Shown here one piece after another: positions 1 to 10,223 of a DNA stretch of 64,000 nucleotides. Under the pieces are notes generated by a model. That model searched no databases. It saw only the letters and a list, made by a program, of their open reading frames with translations, and was not told the origin of the DNA. The stretch is taken from assembly GCA_963835085.1 (NCBI GenBank), contig CAWIED010000002.1, positions 254,603 to 318,602 of the forward strand, written 5' to 3'. Origin of the DNA: an uncultured Actinomycetota bacterium. GTDB lineage: Bacteria > Actinomycetota > Actinomycetes > Actinomycetales > CAWJMD01. Position 1 is the first letter of the stretch. Every line of letters begins with the position of its first letter. The translations under genes were made by a program, and so were the position numbers.

Positions 1-793
1 CGAACTGGGCGACGGCGATCACGGCGCCGGCCGCGGCGGGGTTCCAACCGAGACCGCTGATGAGCCAGACGAGTCCAAACGTCGACAGGGTGAACTGAGG
101 CACGACGAGCAGCAGCGAGAGCACGTGGATGCGGGTCAGGAACAGGTTTGTGCGATACGGGCTCACCGGTCGAGAGTCGTCCGGTGCCGCCGGGGCAGGC
201 CTCGGCGGATTGACGATGCCGAACGCGCAGGCCACAGCCAGCACGACGAGCGCGACGGCACAGACGAGCAGTGGCGCGCCGATACCGAATTGGCTTGCCA
301 GGGCCGGGACGCACAACGCGGCTACGGCGACCCCAAGGGGCTGCGACATCTGGCGGATGCCCATCGCCAGGCCCCGTCGAGAACGCGGAAACCACCCGGC
401 GACCACCCTGCCGGAGGCGGCGTTGGTGCTAGCGGCGGACGCCCCACCGAGGAAGAGCAGGACGCCGATGCCGACATAGCCCGACACGACCACTGCGCCG
501 GCTGCGAAGAATGCCGTGAGCGCAAGACCGCCGGCGATAACCCAGCGCTCGCCGTAGCGGTCTGCGAGTGCGCCCCACGCCACCAGGGTGAGGACCATTC
601 CGAAGGTCGGGGCCGCGGCCAGAAGGCCGGCCTGCGAGAGGGAGAAACCGTGATGCAAGTGCAGCAGCGGAATCAGGTACGCAGGGGTGCTCACCAACAT
701 CGCGCCGGCGGATTGCGCGCCGACACCGAGCGCCAGCATCCGCCAGGCGGGCGTCGGTATCGATTCGCGGGTGCCGGCCGCGGGATCGCTCAT
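1..793 (-). CDS. MFS transporter (runs off the window start)
   Basis: Read manually from ATG at 793: MSDPAAGTRESIPTPAWRMLALGVGAQSAGAMLVSTPAYLIPLLHLHHGFSLSQAGLLA...; hydrophobic helices; divergent from the GntR gene. Confidence 0.8.
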   Translation of the reverse strand, partial: MSDPAAGTRESIPTPAWRMLALGVGAQSAGAMLVSTPAYLIPLLHLHHGFSLSQAGLLAAAPTFGMVLTLVAWGALADRYGERWVIAGGLALTAFFAAGAVVVSGYVGIGVLLFLGGASAASTNAASGRVVAGWFPRSRRGLAMGIRQMSQPLGVAVAALCVPALASQFGIGAPLLVCAVALVVLAVACAFGIVNPPRPAPAAPDDSRPVSPYRTNLFLTRIHVLSLLLVVPQFTLSTFGLVWLISGLGWNPAAAGAVIAVAQF

Positions 794-804
794 GTCGTCC
801 TCCA

Positions 805-837
805 TCCTGTGGTATACCATCTTGGTATACCACAGGA
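805..837. promoter_or_regulatory. GntR-type operator: perfect 15-bp inverted repeat holding two TGGTATACCA palindromes
   Basis: TCCTGTGGTATACCA-TCT-TGGTATACCACAGGA in the 50-bp gap between divergent MFS and GntR genes. Confidence 0.8.
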
Positions 838-843
838 GGCCAC

Positions 844-1545
844 ATGCATCTGACCCACGAGGACAAGGCGTGTGCCCGGCTGCGCAGCGCCGTCCTGGCC
901 TTCGAACTCCTGCCGGGGGAGCGGCTCAGTGAGCGCGCGCTGGAGTCGATGCTGGGCGCATCGCGCACCCCGATCCGTGCGGCGCTGATGCGTCTGGAGA
1001 ACGAAGGACTCGTCCGCAAGGACGAGCGAGGCTGGCAGGTTGCGCCTATCGACGTGGCGGAGGTGCGTGCCGTGATGGAGTACCGCGAAGCGCTGGAGAC
1101 GGCCGTCGTCGTCCGAGCGATCGCTCGGGCCGGAGCTGAGGACGTGGCGGTGCTGCGTGCGATCGCGCAGGCGAGCCGCGACCAGGACGACGAGGAGAAC
1201 GGGCTGCGCGACGGGACGGACTTTCATGTGGCGCTTGCGCGGCTGGCCGGCAACCCATTTCTGACGGATGGGGTGGCAGGTGCCATGACGCGGCTGTTCC
1301 GCACCCGCTGGCTGGGAGTGCGCACACCCGACTCGCGAGCCCGGGCGCGCGCCGAGCATCTGGCGATCGCGGACGCCGTCGCTGCGCGGGACGCGGACGG
1401 AGCCACCGCCCTGGTCGTATCGCATCTGCAAGGAACCGCCGAGCGACTGCTCGACCTGCTCTCGGCGCAGCGGCTTGGGCCGCGGGGACGTGGCCTCGTG
1501 GTCGTGGAATCAGCACCCGCAGCCGGAGGCCATGCCGCCGGCTGA
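844..1545 (+). CDS. GntR family transcriptional regulator (FCD type)
   Basis: wHTH PGERLSERALESMLGASRTPIRAAL; FCD-like DFHVALARLAGN...EHLAIADA; RBS AGGAGG. Confidence 0.92.
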   Translation: MHLTHEDKACARLRSAVLAFELLPGERLSERALESMLGASRTPIRAALMRLENEGLVRKDERGWQVAPIDVAEVRAVMEYREALETAVVVRAIARAGAEDVAVLRAIAQASRDQDDEENGLRDGTDFHVALARLAGNPFLTDGVAGAMTRLFRTRWLGVRTPDSRARARAEHLAIADAVAARDADGATALVVSHLQGTAERLLDLLSAQRLGPRGRGLVVVESAPAAGGHAAG

Positions 1546-1609
1546 GAATCGCCTCTCGAGCTCACACCGGCGGCCCGCGCACTTGGCCTAGGTCTTCCCG
1601 GCGCCCACC

Positions 1610-1692
1610 TTCACACGCAACCGGTCTCACGTGTGCGCAGCTATTTGCGGACCCGAAACATGACGATCCCTGGCCGAAACACGCGACTCCTA
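1610..1692 (+). promoter_or_regulatory. Putative NnaR site and GlnR boxes upstream of narK
   Basis: TTCACA-N16-TGTGCG (1610-1637), then GAAAC..GAAAC about 21 bp apart; similar layout upstream of nirB. Confidence 0.55.
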
Positions 1693-1786
1693 GTTTCTGC
1701 GCATCGGGCTGGGGCGAAGAACCCTGCACTCTGCGGCCCGTTCGCCTCGCTCCGTCCGAGCGTCAGACTCCCAGCTAGGAGCACCT

Positions 1787-3172
1787 ATGACCGAATCGGT
1801 TGCCAAGACCTCCACCGGTGGTGAGACCGCGACGCGCACTGTGGCCGCACCTCGCCGGACCGGTCGGTGGATCACCACCTGGGACCCGGAGGACGAGACC
1901 TTCTGGGACGGTGGCGGCCGTCAGGTGGCTCGCCGCAATCTCATCGTCTCCATCATCGCCGAGCACATCGGCTTCAGCGTCTGGATGCTGTGGAGCATCG
2001 TGGCCGTGCACCTGAACAAGGTGGGCTTCGCCTTCTCCGACTCAGAACTGTTCTGGCTCGTCGCGATCCCCAGTCTGGTGGGTGCGACTCTGCGGATCCC
2101 TTACACGTTCGCGGTGCCGCTGGTAGGCGGGCGAAACTGGACGGTCATCTCGGCCTCGCTGCTCCTGATCCCTGTCTGTCTGCTCGCCTGGGCGGTCAGC
2201 AATCCCGGTACCTCGTTCACCGTGATGATGGTCGTCGCCGCCACAGCGGGCTTCGGAGGGGGCAACTTCGCCTCCTCGATGTCGAACATCTCGTACTTCT
2301 TCCCAGAGCGCGAAAAAGGTTGGGCCCTAGGCCTCAACGCTGCCGGCGGCAACATCGGCGTCGCCGTGGTGCAGGCTCCCGTCGTCGTCACCGCGATCGT
2401 CCTGGCAGGTGGCGGCATCCATCTGGAGCGCGCCGGTCTGATGTGGATTCCGCTCATCATCATCGCCGCCGTGCTGGGTTGGCGCTTCATGGACAACCTG
2501 GCTCCGGCCAGCGTCGACCTCAAGTCGTCGGCGGGGGCAGCCAAGCACGCTCACACCTGGGTGATGTCGTTGCTCTACGTGGGCACGTTCGGCTCCTTCA
2601 TCGGTTACTCCGCCGCGTTCCCGCTGCTCATCACGACGCAGTTCCCCGGCGTCGCGGCCACAAACTACGCCTTCCTCGGCGCGCTGGTGGGCTCGCTCGC
2701 GCGGCCTTTCGGAGGCAAGATCGCCGACCGACTCGGTGGCGCCCGCGTGACGGCCGGGTCATTCGTCGTCATGGGGCTGGGCGTGCTCGGCGCCGTCTAT
2801 GCCGTGTCGCTCGGGAGTTTCGGGCTCTTCCTGATGAGCTTCACGATCCTTTTCGTCGCTACGGGCGTGGGCAACGGGGCGACCTACCGAATGATCCCCG
2901 CCATCTTTCGCAGCCTGGCCGGCGAAGCGGGCGGTTCTGCTCCGGTGCTGACCCGGTTCAGGGCGGAGGCGGCCGCGGCCATCGGCATCATCGCGGCCAT
3001 CGGTGCCTACGGGGGCTTCCTCGTGCCGCGCACCTACGCGTGGTCGACTGCCAGCTTCGGCTCGATCGTGCCCGCCCTCTATCTCTCTGTCGGCGTCTAC
3101 GTGCTGATGTGTCTGCTCACCTGGGCCTGCTACCTCCGGCCCGGAGCCCGGATGGCGGCCGCCAGAGTATGA
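1787..3172 (+). CDS. narK: Nitrate/nitrite MFS transporter
   Basis: WDPEDETFW, AGFGGGNFASSMSNIS nitrate signature, GVGNGATY. Confidence 0.95.
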   Translation: MTESVAKTSTGGETATRTVAAPRRTGRWITTWDPEDETFWDGGGRQVARRNLIVSIIAEHIGFSVWMLWSIVAVHLNKVGFAFSDSELFWLVAIPSLVGATLRIPYTFAVPLVGGRNWTVISASLLLIPVCLLAWAVSNPGTSFTVMMVVAATAGFGGGNFASSMSNISYFFPEREKGWALGLNAAGGNIGVAVVQAPVVVTAIVLAGGGIHLERAGLMWIPLIIIAAVLGWRFMDNLAPASVDLKSSAGAAKHAHTWVMSLLYVGTFGSFIGYSAAFPLLITTQFPGVAATNYAFLGALVGSLARPFGGKIADRLGGARVTAGSFVVMGLGVLGAVYAVSLGSFGLFLMSFTILFVATGVGNGATYRMIPAIFRSLAGEAGGSAPVLTRFRAEAAAAIGIIAAIGAYGGFLVPRTYAWSTASFGSIVPALYLSVGVYVLMCLLTWACYLRPGARMAAARV

Positions 3173-5391
3173 CGATCCCTCGGCCGGGGAGCGATACGCA
3201 CTGCCCATACTGTGCCCTGCAGTGCGCTATGCGTCTCGACCCGCCCGCCACAGTTTCGACGACCTCGGGCGCGGTCCGATCGCCGACGCCCGGCGCGCCG
3301 GCCTCGATGCCGATAGTGGGGCCGATCGGCCCGCCGGTAGTGGTCACCGGTCGCGACTTTCCCACCAACCGAAAGGGCCTCTGCCAGAAGGGGTGGACGA
3401 GTGCCGACGTGCTGCGCGCTGCCGACCGGCTCACCACTCCGCTGATCCGCTCGGGGCGCGGCTGGCTCGAGCCGGCAAGCTGGGACGAAGCCCTCGACAA
3501 GATCGCTCACACGTTGCAACGGATCTCGTCCGAGACCGGCCCGGAGTCGTTGGCAGTCTTCGGCAGCGGCGGCCTTACCAACGAAAAGGCTTATGCCCTA
3601 GGTAAGTTCGCCCGCATCATACTCAAGACGCCGTTCATCGACTACAACGGCCGGTTCTGCATGTCGTCGGCAGCGGCCGCTGCCAACCGGGCCTTCGGGC
3701 TCGACCGCGGCCTGCCGTTTCCCTTGGCCGACCTCGACGACGCCGATGCCGTGCTCCTGCTGGGCAGCAATGTCTCCGAGACGATGCCTCCCTTCGTGCA
3801 ACATCTGGCACGCGTGCGCGACAAAGGCGGCCTTGTGGTCGTGGACCCACGGCGCTCGCCCACGGCAGCACTCACCGACGACGGCTGTGGCTTCCATCTG
3901 CAGCCCGTGCCGGGCACTGACCTCGTCGTGCTGCAGGGGCTGTTGCATGTGCTGTTCGCCGAGAACCTCTGCGACGATGCCTATCTCGCGACCAGAGTGG
4001 ACGGCGTGCAAGAGGTCATGGCCTCCGTCACCACCTGGTGGCCCGAGCGGGTCGAGCAGGTCAGTGGAGTGCCGGCGGGAGATCTGCGCAGGGTCGCAAG
4101 ACTGTTCGCGGCCCGTTCGCCGCGCCACGGTCGAGGTGGGGTGGTGCTCACCGGCCGCGGCGTGGAACAGAGCAGCCAAGGCACGGCAACCGTGGCAGCC
4201 GCCATCAATCTCACCCTGGCGCTCGGCCTGCCGGGCCGTCCACACAGCGGTTATGGTGCCATCACCGGCCAGGGCAACGGTCAGGGCGGACGAGAGCACG
4301 GGCAGAAGGCAGACCAGCTTCCCGGCTACCGCTCCATCTGCGATCCGGCCGCGCGCCGGCAGGTGGCCAAGGTCTGGGGCGTGGACCCCGAGTCGCTCCC
4401 CGGCCCGGGCGTGCCAGCCATGGCATTGCTTGACAGGGTGGGCCGTCCGGGGGGAGTCAGGTCTCTGCTCGTACACGGCAGCAATCTTGTGGTCAGCGTG
4501 CCCAATAGCGAGCGGCTCCGGCAGCGGTTGAGAGCGCTCGACCTCTTCGTCGTCTGCGATGTGGTGCCGTCTGAGACCGCGCTGCTCGCGGATGTGGTTC
4601 TCCCCGTGACCCAATGGGCCGAGGAGGAAGGCACGATGACTTCTCTCGAAGGGCGCATCATCCGCCGCCGGAAGGCGATCGACCCACCGCAGGGCGTGCG
4701 CACCGAGCTGCAGATCTTGCACGACCTCGCCGAACGGCTCGGCGTGCCAACCGGTTTCGACACCGACCCCAGCGCGGTGTTCGACGAGTTGGCGCGAGCC
4801 AGCCAAGGCGGCGTGGCCGACTATTCGGGGGTGTCCTATGCGCGTCTGGACGCCGGGGACGAGCTGTTCTGGCCCGTGCCCTCCCCTGACAGCAACGGCA
4901 CGCCGCGGGTCTTCACGGAGTCTTTCGCCACCCCGAACGGCCGAGCCCAGATGGCGGTCACCGAGCATCACGGCCCGAGTGACGACCTGCGCGTCGACGC
5001 GCCCGTCTATCTGCTGACCGGCCGGGTGCTGCAGCACTATCAGTCAGGCGCTCAGACCCGGCGGGTGCCGGCCCTGGCCGAAGCCGTCGGAGAGCCGTTC
5101 GGGGAGATCCACCCACTGCTTGCCGCACGGCATGGCATCGACGAAGGGACCCCGATGCGTCTGGTGACCGGTCGCGGCGAGGTCGTGGTGACCTGTCGGT
5201 TCAGCGTGGGGATCCGGCCGGACTGCGTCTTCGTGCCCTTCCACTGGAGCGGGGAGGGCAGCGTCAATCGCGCCACAAGCGATGTCACCGACCCCACCTC
5301 GGGGATGCCCGAGCTCAAGGTCTGCGCCGTGTCGGTGCACCCGGCTGCGAGTACGCCGACCACAGCGTACGAACCGTCCGCCCGAGCATGA
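3169..5391 (+). CDS. nasA: Assimilatory nitrate reductase catalytic subunit (molybdopterin oxidoreductase)
   Basis: THCPYCALQC...LCQKG 4Fe-4S motif, DYNGRFCMSSA, GQGNGQGGREHG; ATGA overlap with narK stop. Confidence 0.9.
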   Translation: MTIPRPGSDTHCPYCALQCAMRLDPPATVSTTSGAVRSPTPGAPASMPIVGPIGPPVVVTGRDFPTNRKGLCQKGWTSADVLRAADRLTTPLIRSGRGWLEPASWDEALDKIAHTLQRISSETGPESLAVFGSGGLTNEKAYALGKFARIILKTPFIDYNGRFCMSSAAAAANRAFGLDRGLPFPLADLDDADAVLLLGSNVSETMPPFVQHLARVRDKGGLVVVDPRRSPTAALTDDGCGFHLQPVPGTDLVVLQGLLHVLFAENLCDDAYLATRVDGVQEVMASVTTWWPERVEQVSGVPAGDLRRVARLFAARSPRHGRGGVVLTGRGVEQSSQGTATVAAAINLTLALGLPGRPHSGYGAITGQGNGQGGREHGQKADQLPGYRSICDPAARRQVAKVWGVDPESLPGPGVPAMALLDRVGRPGGVRSLLVHGSNLVVSVPNSERLRQRLRALDLFVVCDVVPSETALLADVVLPVTQWAEEEGTMTSLEGRIIRRRKAIDPPQGVRTELQILHDLAERLGVPTGFDTDPSAVFDELARASQGGVADYSGVSYARLDAGDELFWPVPSPDSNGTPRVFTESFATPNGRAQMAVTEHHGPSDDLRVDAPVYLLTGRVLQHYQSGAQTRRVPALAEAVGEPFGEIHPLLAARHGIDEGTPMRLVTGRGEVVVTCRFSVGIRPDCVFVPFHWSGEGSVNRATSDVTDPTSGMPELKVCAVSVHPAASTPTTAYEPSARA

Positions 5392-5404
5392 CGGGAGCCA
5401 GCAG

Positions 5405-6985
5405 ATGAGGGTCGTAGTGATCGGCAACGGCATGGTCGGCTCGCGACTCGTGGAGGATCTGCTGCGGCACGATCCCGACGGTTCGCGGTTCGCTGTCACG
5501 GTGCTGGGGGCCGAGCCCTACCAGCCCTACAACCGCGTGTTGCTCACCGAGGTGGTCGCCGGCCGGGCCGACGTCGCCTCGATCGGCTTGCCCGCGCAGC
5601 AGGAGCAGGAGGGCCGGCTCGCGGTGCTCACGGGGGTGGGTGCGCTGCGACTCGACCGTGACGCCAAGCAGCTGCTCGACTCCGACGGCCACGTCCACGA
5701 CTACGACGTCGTGGTATTCGCCACTGGGGCCGCCGCCAGCCGTCCGAGCCTGTCCGGGCTTCAGGATTGTTCGAGCGGAGTGCACGTGCTGCGCGATCTC
5801 GACGACACTCGAGGTCTGCTGGCCGCCGCCCGTAACGCCGGCACGGCGGTCGTGCTGGGCTCGGGTGTGCTCGGAGTGGAGGTCGCCTGCGGACTCGCCG
5901 GCAGAGGACTCGGCGTCACCCTGCTCGGCCGGGGCCGAGTGATGGACCGGCAGTTCGGCGACGCGGCCTCGCAGGCATTGAGCACCGGCCTTGCCACCGC
6001 CGGGGTCGCCACCGTGCACGGCCGCACCGTCGAGGTCGCCGCCGGGCACGATGGCAGGTTCGCGGGGGTCACGGTGGACGGGCAGCCCGTCTGGGCCGAC
6101 CTGCTCGTGCTCAGCTGCGGAACCGCGCCGCGTGTCGGCCTGGCTGTCGCCGCAGGCCTGCCCACCCGTCGCGGCATCGTCACCGACGCCGGGTTCGCCA
6201 GCCCGGACGACCCGTCGGTCTTCGCCATCGGCGACTGCGCAGAGCCACCCGAGGGCGCCAGCGGACTCATAGCGCAGGGCTGGGATCAGGCCCGGCTGCT
6301 CGCCAGGCGGCTCACCGAGGTGGCCGACACCGGCTGGCCGGGACGATCCCGAAGCGCTCTGTCCGAACGCAGCAACCCCAGCCAGGTCGACGCGGGGCCC
6401 GCGGCGGCTTCAACCGTGGTCAAGGTCAAGTCGGACCGAGTCGCGGCGGTGGCCATGGGCGAGGCCGGACCGGCCCGGCGCTCCGGCGACCGCCGCCTGG
6501 TGCTGGCCGATCCCGAGGCCGGTCGCCATGTCGAAGTGGTGGTCCGGGGCGACACCCTGGTGGGAGCGATCTGCATCGGCGACGCCGCTCTGGCCGCAGA
6601 CCTCACGGCCACCTTCGGTCGGCGCACACCCATTCCCGTCGATCCGGCACTCTCGCTTGTGCGTCAGGTGCCAGGCCTGGCCACAGCCCAGCCGAGCACG
6701 ACGTCGCTCACCAGATTGCCCGGCCGGGCCACCATCTGCCGCTGCAACGGCGTCAGCAAGGGCGACATCGTGGCGTGTTGGCGCGAGGGCGCCCGAACGG
6801 TCGAGGAAGTCGCGGGCAGAACCAGGGCGACCACCGGATGCGGAACCTGCACGCGCACCGTGGGCGACGTGCTCGACTGGGTGGCCGCCGCTGAGGGCGT
6901 GCCGGACGACGAGCGTCCCCAGCGGGCCGGGCACCACTGTCCATCGGGCTCACAGTCGCCGGGCCCGGCGGAGAGAGTCTCTTAG
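5405..6985 (+). CDS. FAD/NAD(P)H oxidoreductase with C-terminal BFD-like 2Fe-2S domain (nitrate reductase electron-transfer subunit)
   Basis: VVVIGNGMVG, PYNRVLL, FAIGDCAE, ICRCNGV...TGCGTC. Confidence 0.85.
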   Translation: MRVVVIGNGMVGSRLVEDLLRHDPDGSRFAVTVLGAEPYQPYNRVLLTEVVAGRADVASIGLPAQQEQEGRLAVLTGVGALRLDRDAKQLLDSDGHVHDYDVVVFATGAAASRPSLSGLQDCSSGVHVLRDLDDTRGLLAAARNAGTAVVLGSGVLGVEVACGLAGRGLGVTLLGRGRVMDRQFGDAASQALSTGLATAGVATVHGRTVEVAAGHDGRFAGVTVDGQPVWADLLVLSCGTAPRVGLAVAAGLPTRRGIVTDAGFASPDDPSVFAIGDCAEPPEGASGLIAQGWDQARLLARRLTEVADTGWPGRSRSALSERSNPSQVDAGPAAASTVVKVKSDRVAAVAMGEAGPARRSGDRRLVLADPEAGRHVEVVVRGDTLVGAICIGDAALAADLTATFGRRTPIPVDPALSLVRQVPGLATAQPSTTSLTRLPGRATICRCNGVSKGDIVACWREGARTVEEVAGRTRATTGCGTCTRTVGDVLDWVAAAEGVPDDERPQRAGHHCPSGSQSPGPAERVS

Positions 6986-7032
6986 CACTGCCGAAACATC
7001 AGCGGTGCAGCGGCGTAACACGCGTTTTCTAC
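6949..7032 (+). promoter_or_regulatory. Putative NnaR/GlnR sites upstream of nirB
   Basis: CTCACA at 6949, GAAAC at 6993, then GTAACACGCG; spacing parallels the narK promoter. Confidence 0.5.
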
Positions 7033-7177
7033 GGTCGTCGACAGATCAGCATCCCCGGCGGGCCTTGCGCCCGTGGAGCGGGTGCCGCGGGGTTCCGAAC
7101 GCGGTACAGCCGCTTCCTACGGCTCGCAGCTGCCGGCGCCGACGCGGGAAAGTCTCGACCCCGGAAGAAGGTGACAG

Positions 7178-9775
7178 ATGGCTTTGCAACCCTCCAGGCA
7201 CGTCGTCGTGGTCGGTGGCGGCATGGTGGCCCATCGCTTCGTGGAGGCGATGCTCGATCGCGACATCGACACGACCTGGCGCATCACTGTGCTGGCCGAG
7301 GAGCCCCGTGCTCCCTATGACCGGGTGGCGCTGACCAGTTACTTCACGGGTCGTGACCCCGAAGACCTCGCGCTGGGTGGTGCAGAACTGTGGCAGCACC
7401 CGCACGTCTCGCTCCTGCGCGGGCAGACGGTGACCCGCATCGACCGCGAGGCCAAGCAGGTACACACCGCCCGCGGAATGAGCCTCGACTACGACGAGCT
7501 CGTGCTCGCCACGGGCTCGTCCGCCTTCCTGCCGCCGGTGCCCGGCAACGACCTGCCGGGAGTGTTCGTCTATCGCACCATCGACGACGTGGCGGCCCTG
7601 CGGATCTGGGTGGAACGGCGTGCCGCCGACGTCGGTCGGCAGGTGCGCGGCGTGGTGGTAGGCGGCGGCCTGCTGGGGCTTGAGGCGGCCGGTGCCCTGC
7701 AGGCCCTGGGTGCCCAGAGCACGGTGGTGGAATTCGCGCCGCGGCTCATGCCCTTGCAGGTCGACGCCGGCGGAGGTGAGGCTCTGGCACGACTCGTCCG
7801 CGGGCTGGGTGTGCAGGTGCGCACCGCGACGGCGACTTCCAAGCTGCTGCCGGACAAAGCCGGCCGGGTCGCACGCGTCGAGCTGAGTGAGGGCGACCCG
7901 CTCGCCACCGACGTCGTGCTGTTCGCCACCGGGGTGCGTCCTCGCGACGATCTGGCCAGGCAGTCGGGACTGGCGGTGGGCGAGCGCGGCGGTATGGTCG
8001 TCGACGACCACTGCCAGAGCCCGGACGACGAGAACGTCTGGGCGATCGGCGAGGTCGCGTGCATCGGGGGCCGCTGCCTGGGGCTGGTGGCCCCGGGCTA
8101 CTCCATGGCCGAGGTCGTGGTCGACCGGCTGCTCGGCGGTCGCGCGACCTTCCCCGGCGCAGACCTGTCGACCAAGCTCAAGCTGCTCGGGGTCGACGTC
8201 GCCTCCTTCGGCGACGCCTTCGCCACCAGCGAGGGCGCGCTCGAGGTGGTCTACGCCGACCCGGTGGCGGGCGTCTACTCGAAGGTCGTGCTCTCCAACG
8301 ACGCCAAGGTGCTGCTCGGCGGCATCCTCGTGGGTGACGCGTCGGCCTATGCGTCGTTGCGTCCCATGGTGGGTCGCGAGCTGGGCTGCGACCCGGTGAC
8401 CTACCTGGTGGGTGAGGCGCGGCTCGGCGCGGGAGCAGCCTCGCCCGAACTGCCCGACGACGCCTCGGTCTGCTCATGCAACAACGTCTCGGCCGGCCGC
8501 ATCCGGCAGGCGGTGAGCGACGGTGGGTGCGCCGACGTGGCCATCGTGAAGGCGTGTACCAAGGCGGGCACCAGCTGTGGATCGTGTCTGCCCCTGGTGA
8601 AGAAGCTCGTCACGACCGAGCTGACCAAGGCCGGGGTGGCCGTCTCCACCGCGATGTGCGAGCACTTCGAGCTGTCGCGAGCCCAGCTGTACGACGCGGT
8701 CCGGGTCAGTGGCGTCACGACCTTCGATGAGATCGTCGTCCGGTTCGCCAGCTCGAAGGACGCTCGCGGCTGCGACATCTGCAAGCCCGCGATCGCCTCG
8801 ATCCTGTCGACCACCGCGCCGGGCCACGTGCTCGACGGCGGCCGCGCCGCCCTGCAGGACACCAACGACCATGTGATGGCCAACCTGCAGAAGGACGGCA
8901 CGTACTCGGTGGTGCCCCGCATCCCCGGTGGAGAGGTCACGCCGGCCGGACTCATCGCCATCGGGCAGGTGGCAGCAGACTTCGGCCTGTACACAAAGAT
9001 CACCGGCGGCCAACGCATCGACCTGTTCGGAGCGCGCATCGAACAGCTGCCCCAGATCTGGAGGAGGCTGGTAGACGCGGGCTTCGAGTCAGGTCACGCC
9101 TACGGAAAGTCGCTGCGGACGGTGAAATCGTGTGTTGGCTCCACGTGGTGCCGGTTCGGCGTCCAGGACTCTGTGGGGTTGGCCGTGATGCTCGAGCTGC
9201 GCTATCGCGGGTTGCGCTCGCCGCACAAGCTCAAGCTGGGCGTCTCGGGGTGCGCGCGCGAATGCGCGGAGGCCCGCGGCAAGGACGTGGGAGTCATCGC
9301 CACCGAGAACGGCTGGAACGTGTACGTAGGCGGCAACGGTGGCTTCACCCCGCGGCACGCGCAACTGCTCGCTGAAGACCTCGACACCGAGACGCTCGTG
9401 CGCACGATCGACCGCTTTCTCATGTACTACATCCGCACAGCCGACCGGTTGCAGCGCAGCGCACCGTGGCTGGAAGACCTGGAAGGTGGGCTCGACACCC
9501 TGCGGGCAGTGGTACTGGACGATTCCCTCGGCATCGCCGCGGACCTGGACGACGCGATGCGCAAGCACGTAGACAGCTACTCCGATGAATGGCGCGACAC
9601 TCTCGAAGATCCCGACAAGCTGCGTCGGTTCGCCTCATTCGTCAACGCCCCCGACACCCCCGACCCGTCGCTGGCCTATGTGGTGGAGCGAGGTCAGCCG
9701 CGCCCGGCGACAGCCGCCGAGCGCTCATCGGGCACTCTGGTAGCCGGCCCCGTGCTGCCGGTGCGTAGCTCATGA
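7178..9775 (+). CDS. nirB: Nitrite reductase (NADH) large subunit
   Basis: GGGMVAHRF, VCSCNNV, KSCVGSTWCRFG, GVSGCARECAE siroheme/Fe-S motifs. Confidence 0.96.
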   Translation: MALQPSRHVVVVGGGMVAHRFVEAMLDRDIDTTWRITVLAEEPRAPYDRVALTSYFTGRDPEDLALGGAELWQHPHVSLLRGQTVTRIDREAKQVHTARGMSLDYDELVLATGSSAFLPPVPGNDLPGVFVYRTIDDVAALRIWVERRAADVGRQVRGVVVGGGLLGLEAAGALQALGAQSTVVEFAPRLMPLQVDAGGGEALARLVRGLGVQVRTATATSKLLPDKAGRVARVELSEGDPLATDVVLFATGVRPRDDLARQSGLAVGERGGMVVDDHCQSPDDENVWAIGEVACIGGRCLGLVAPGYSMAEVVVDRLLGGRATFPGADLSTKLKLLGVDVASFGDAFATSEGALEVVYADPVAGVYSKVVLSNDAKVLLGGILVGDASAYASLRPMVGRELGCDPVTYLVGEARLGAGAASPELPDDASVCSCNNVSAGRIRQAVSDGGCADVAIVKACTKAGTSCGSCLPLVKKLVTTELTKAGVAVSTAMCEHFELSRAQLYDAVRVSGVTTFDEIVVRFASSKDARGCDICKPAIASILSTTAPGHVLDGGRAALQDTNDHVMANLQKDGTYSVVPRIPGGEVTPAGLIAIGQVAADFGLYTKITGGQRIDLFGARIEQLPQIWRRLVDAGFESGHAYGKSLRTVKSCVGSTWCRFGVQDSVGLAVMLELRYRGLRSPHKLKLGVSGCARECAEARGKDVGVIATENGWNVYVGGNGGFTPRHAQLLAEDLDTETLVRTIDRFLMYYIRTADRLQRSAPWLEDLEGGLDTLRAVVLDDSLGIAADLDDAMRKHVDSYSDEWRDTLEDPDKLRRFASFVNAPDTPDPSLAYVVERGQPRPATAAERSSGTLVAGPVLPVRSS

Positions 9776-9833
9776 CACCCGACAGCCGGACGCCGATCCA
9801 GGCACCCGGATCGTGCTCGACGAGGGAGAGAAG

Positions 9834-10223
9834 ATGACCGCCCACTGGACAGACGTGTGTCACGTCGACGACCTCGATGTTGAACGCGGGGTCGCCGCTC
9901 TCATCGACGGAGAGCAGGTGGCCCTGTTCAAGCTGGTCGACTCCTGTGTGCACGCGGTGCAGCACCTCGACCCGGTCAGCGGCGCCCACGTGCTGGCCCG
10001 CGGCATCGTGGGCTCGCGTGCCGGTCGGCCCACCATCTGTTCGCCCGTCTACAAGCAGGTGTATGACCTGCAGACCGGTGAATGCCTCGAGGCCTTAGGG
10101 GCCAGCCCGCAACCACTTCGATGCTGGCCGTGCAGGGTGGCGCATGGTCGGGTCTGGGTGCGCATCGACGATGCTGAGCTGGCGAGCCCGGCGCTTGGCG
10201 AGCGACACCCCGTTGCCTCGTGA
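9834..10223 (+). CDS. nirD: Nitrite reductase small subunit
   Basis: ERGVAAL..QVALF..DPVSGAHVLARGIVG..SPVYKQVYDL; follows nirB. Confidence 0.93.
   Translation: MTAHWTDVCHVDDLDVERGVAALIDGEQVALFKLVDSCVHAVQHLDPVSGAHVLARGIVGSRAGRPTICSPVYKQVYDLQTGECLEALGASPQPLRCWPCRVAHGRVWVRIDDAELASPALGERHPVAS

Noticed and set aside
1867-5391. 1174-aa ORF suggesting a transporter-reductase fusion
   Set aside because: The first ~430 aa are an off-frame shadow of narK; the real gene starts at ATG 3169.
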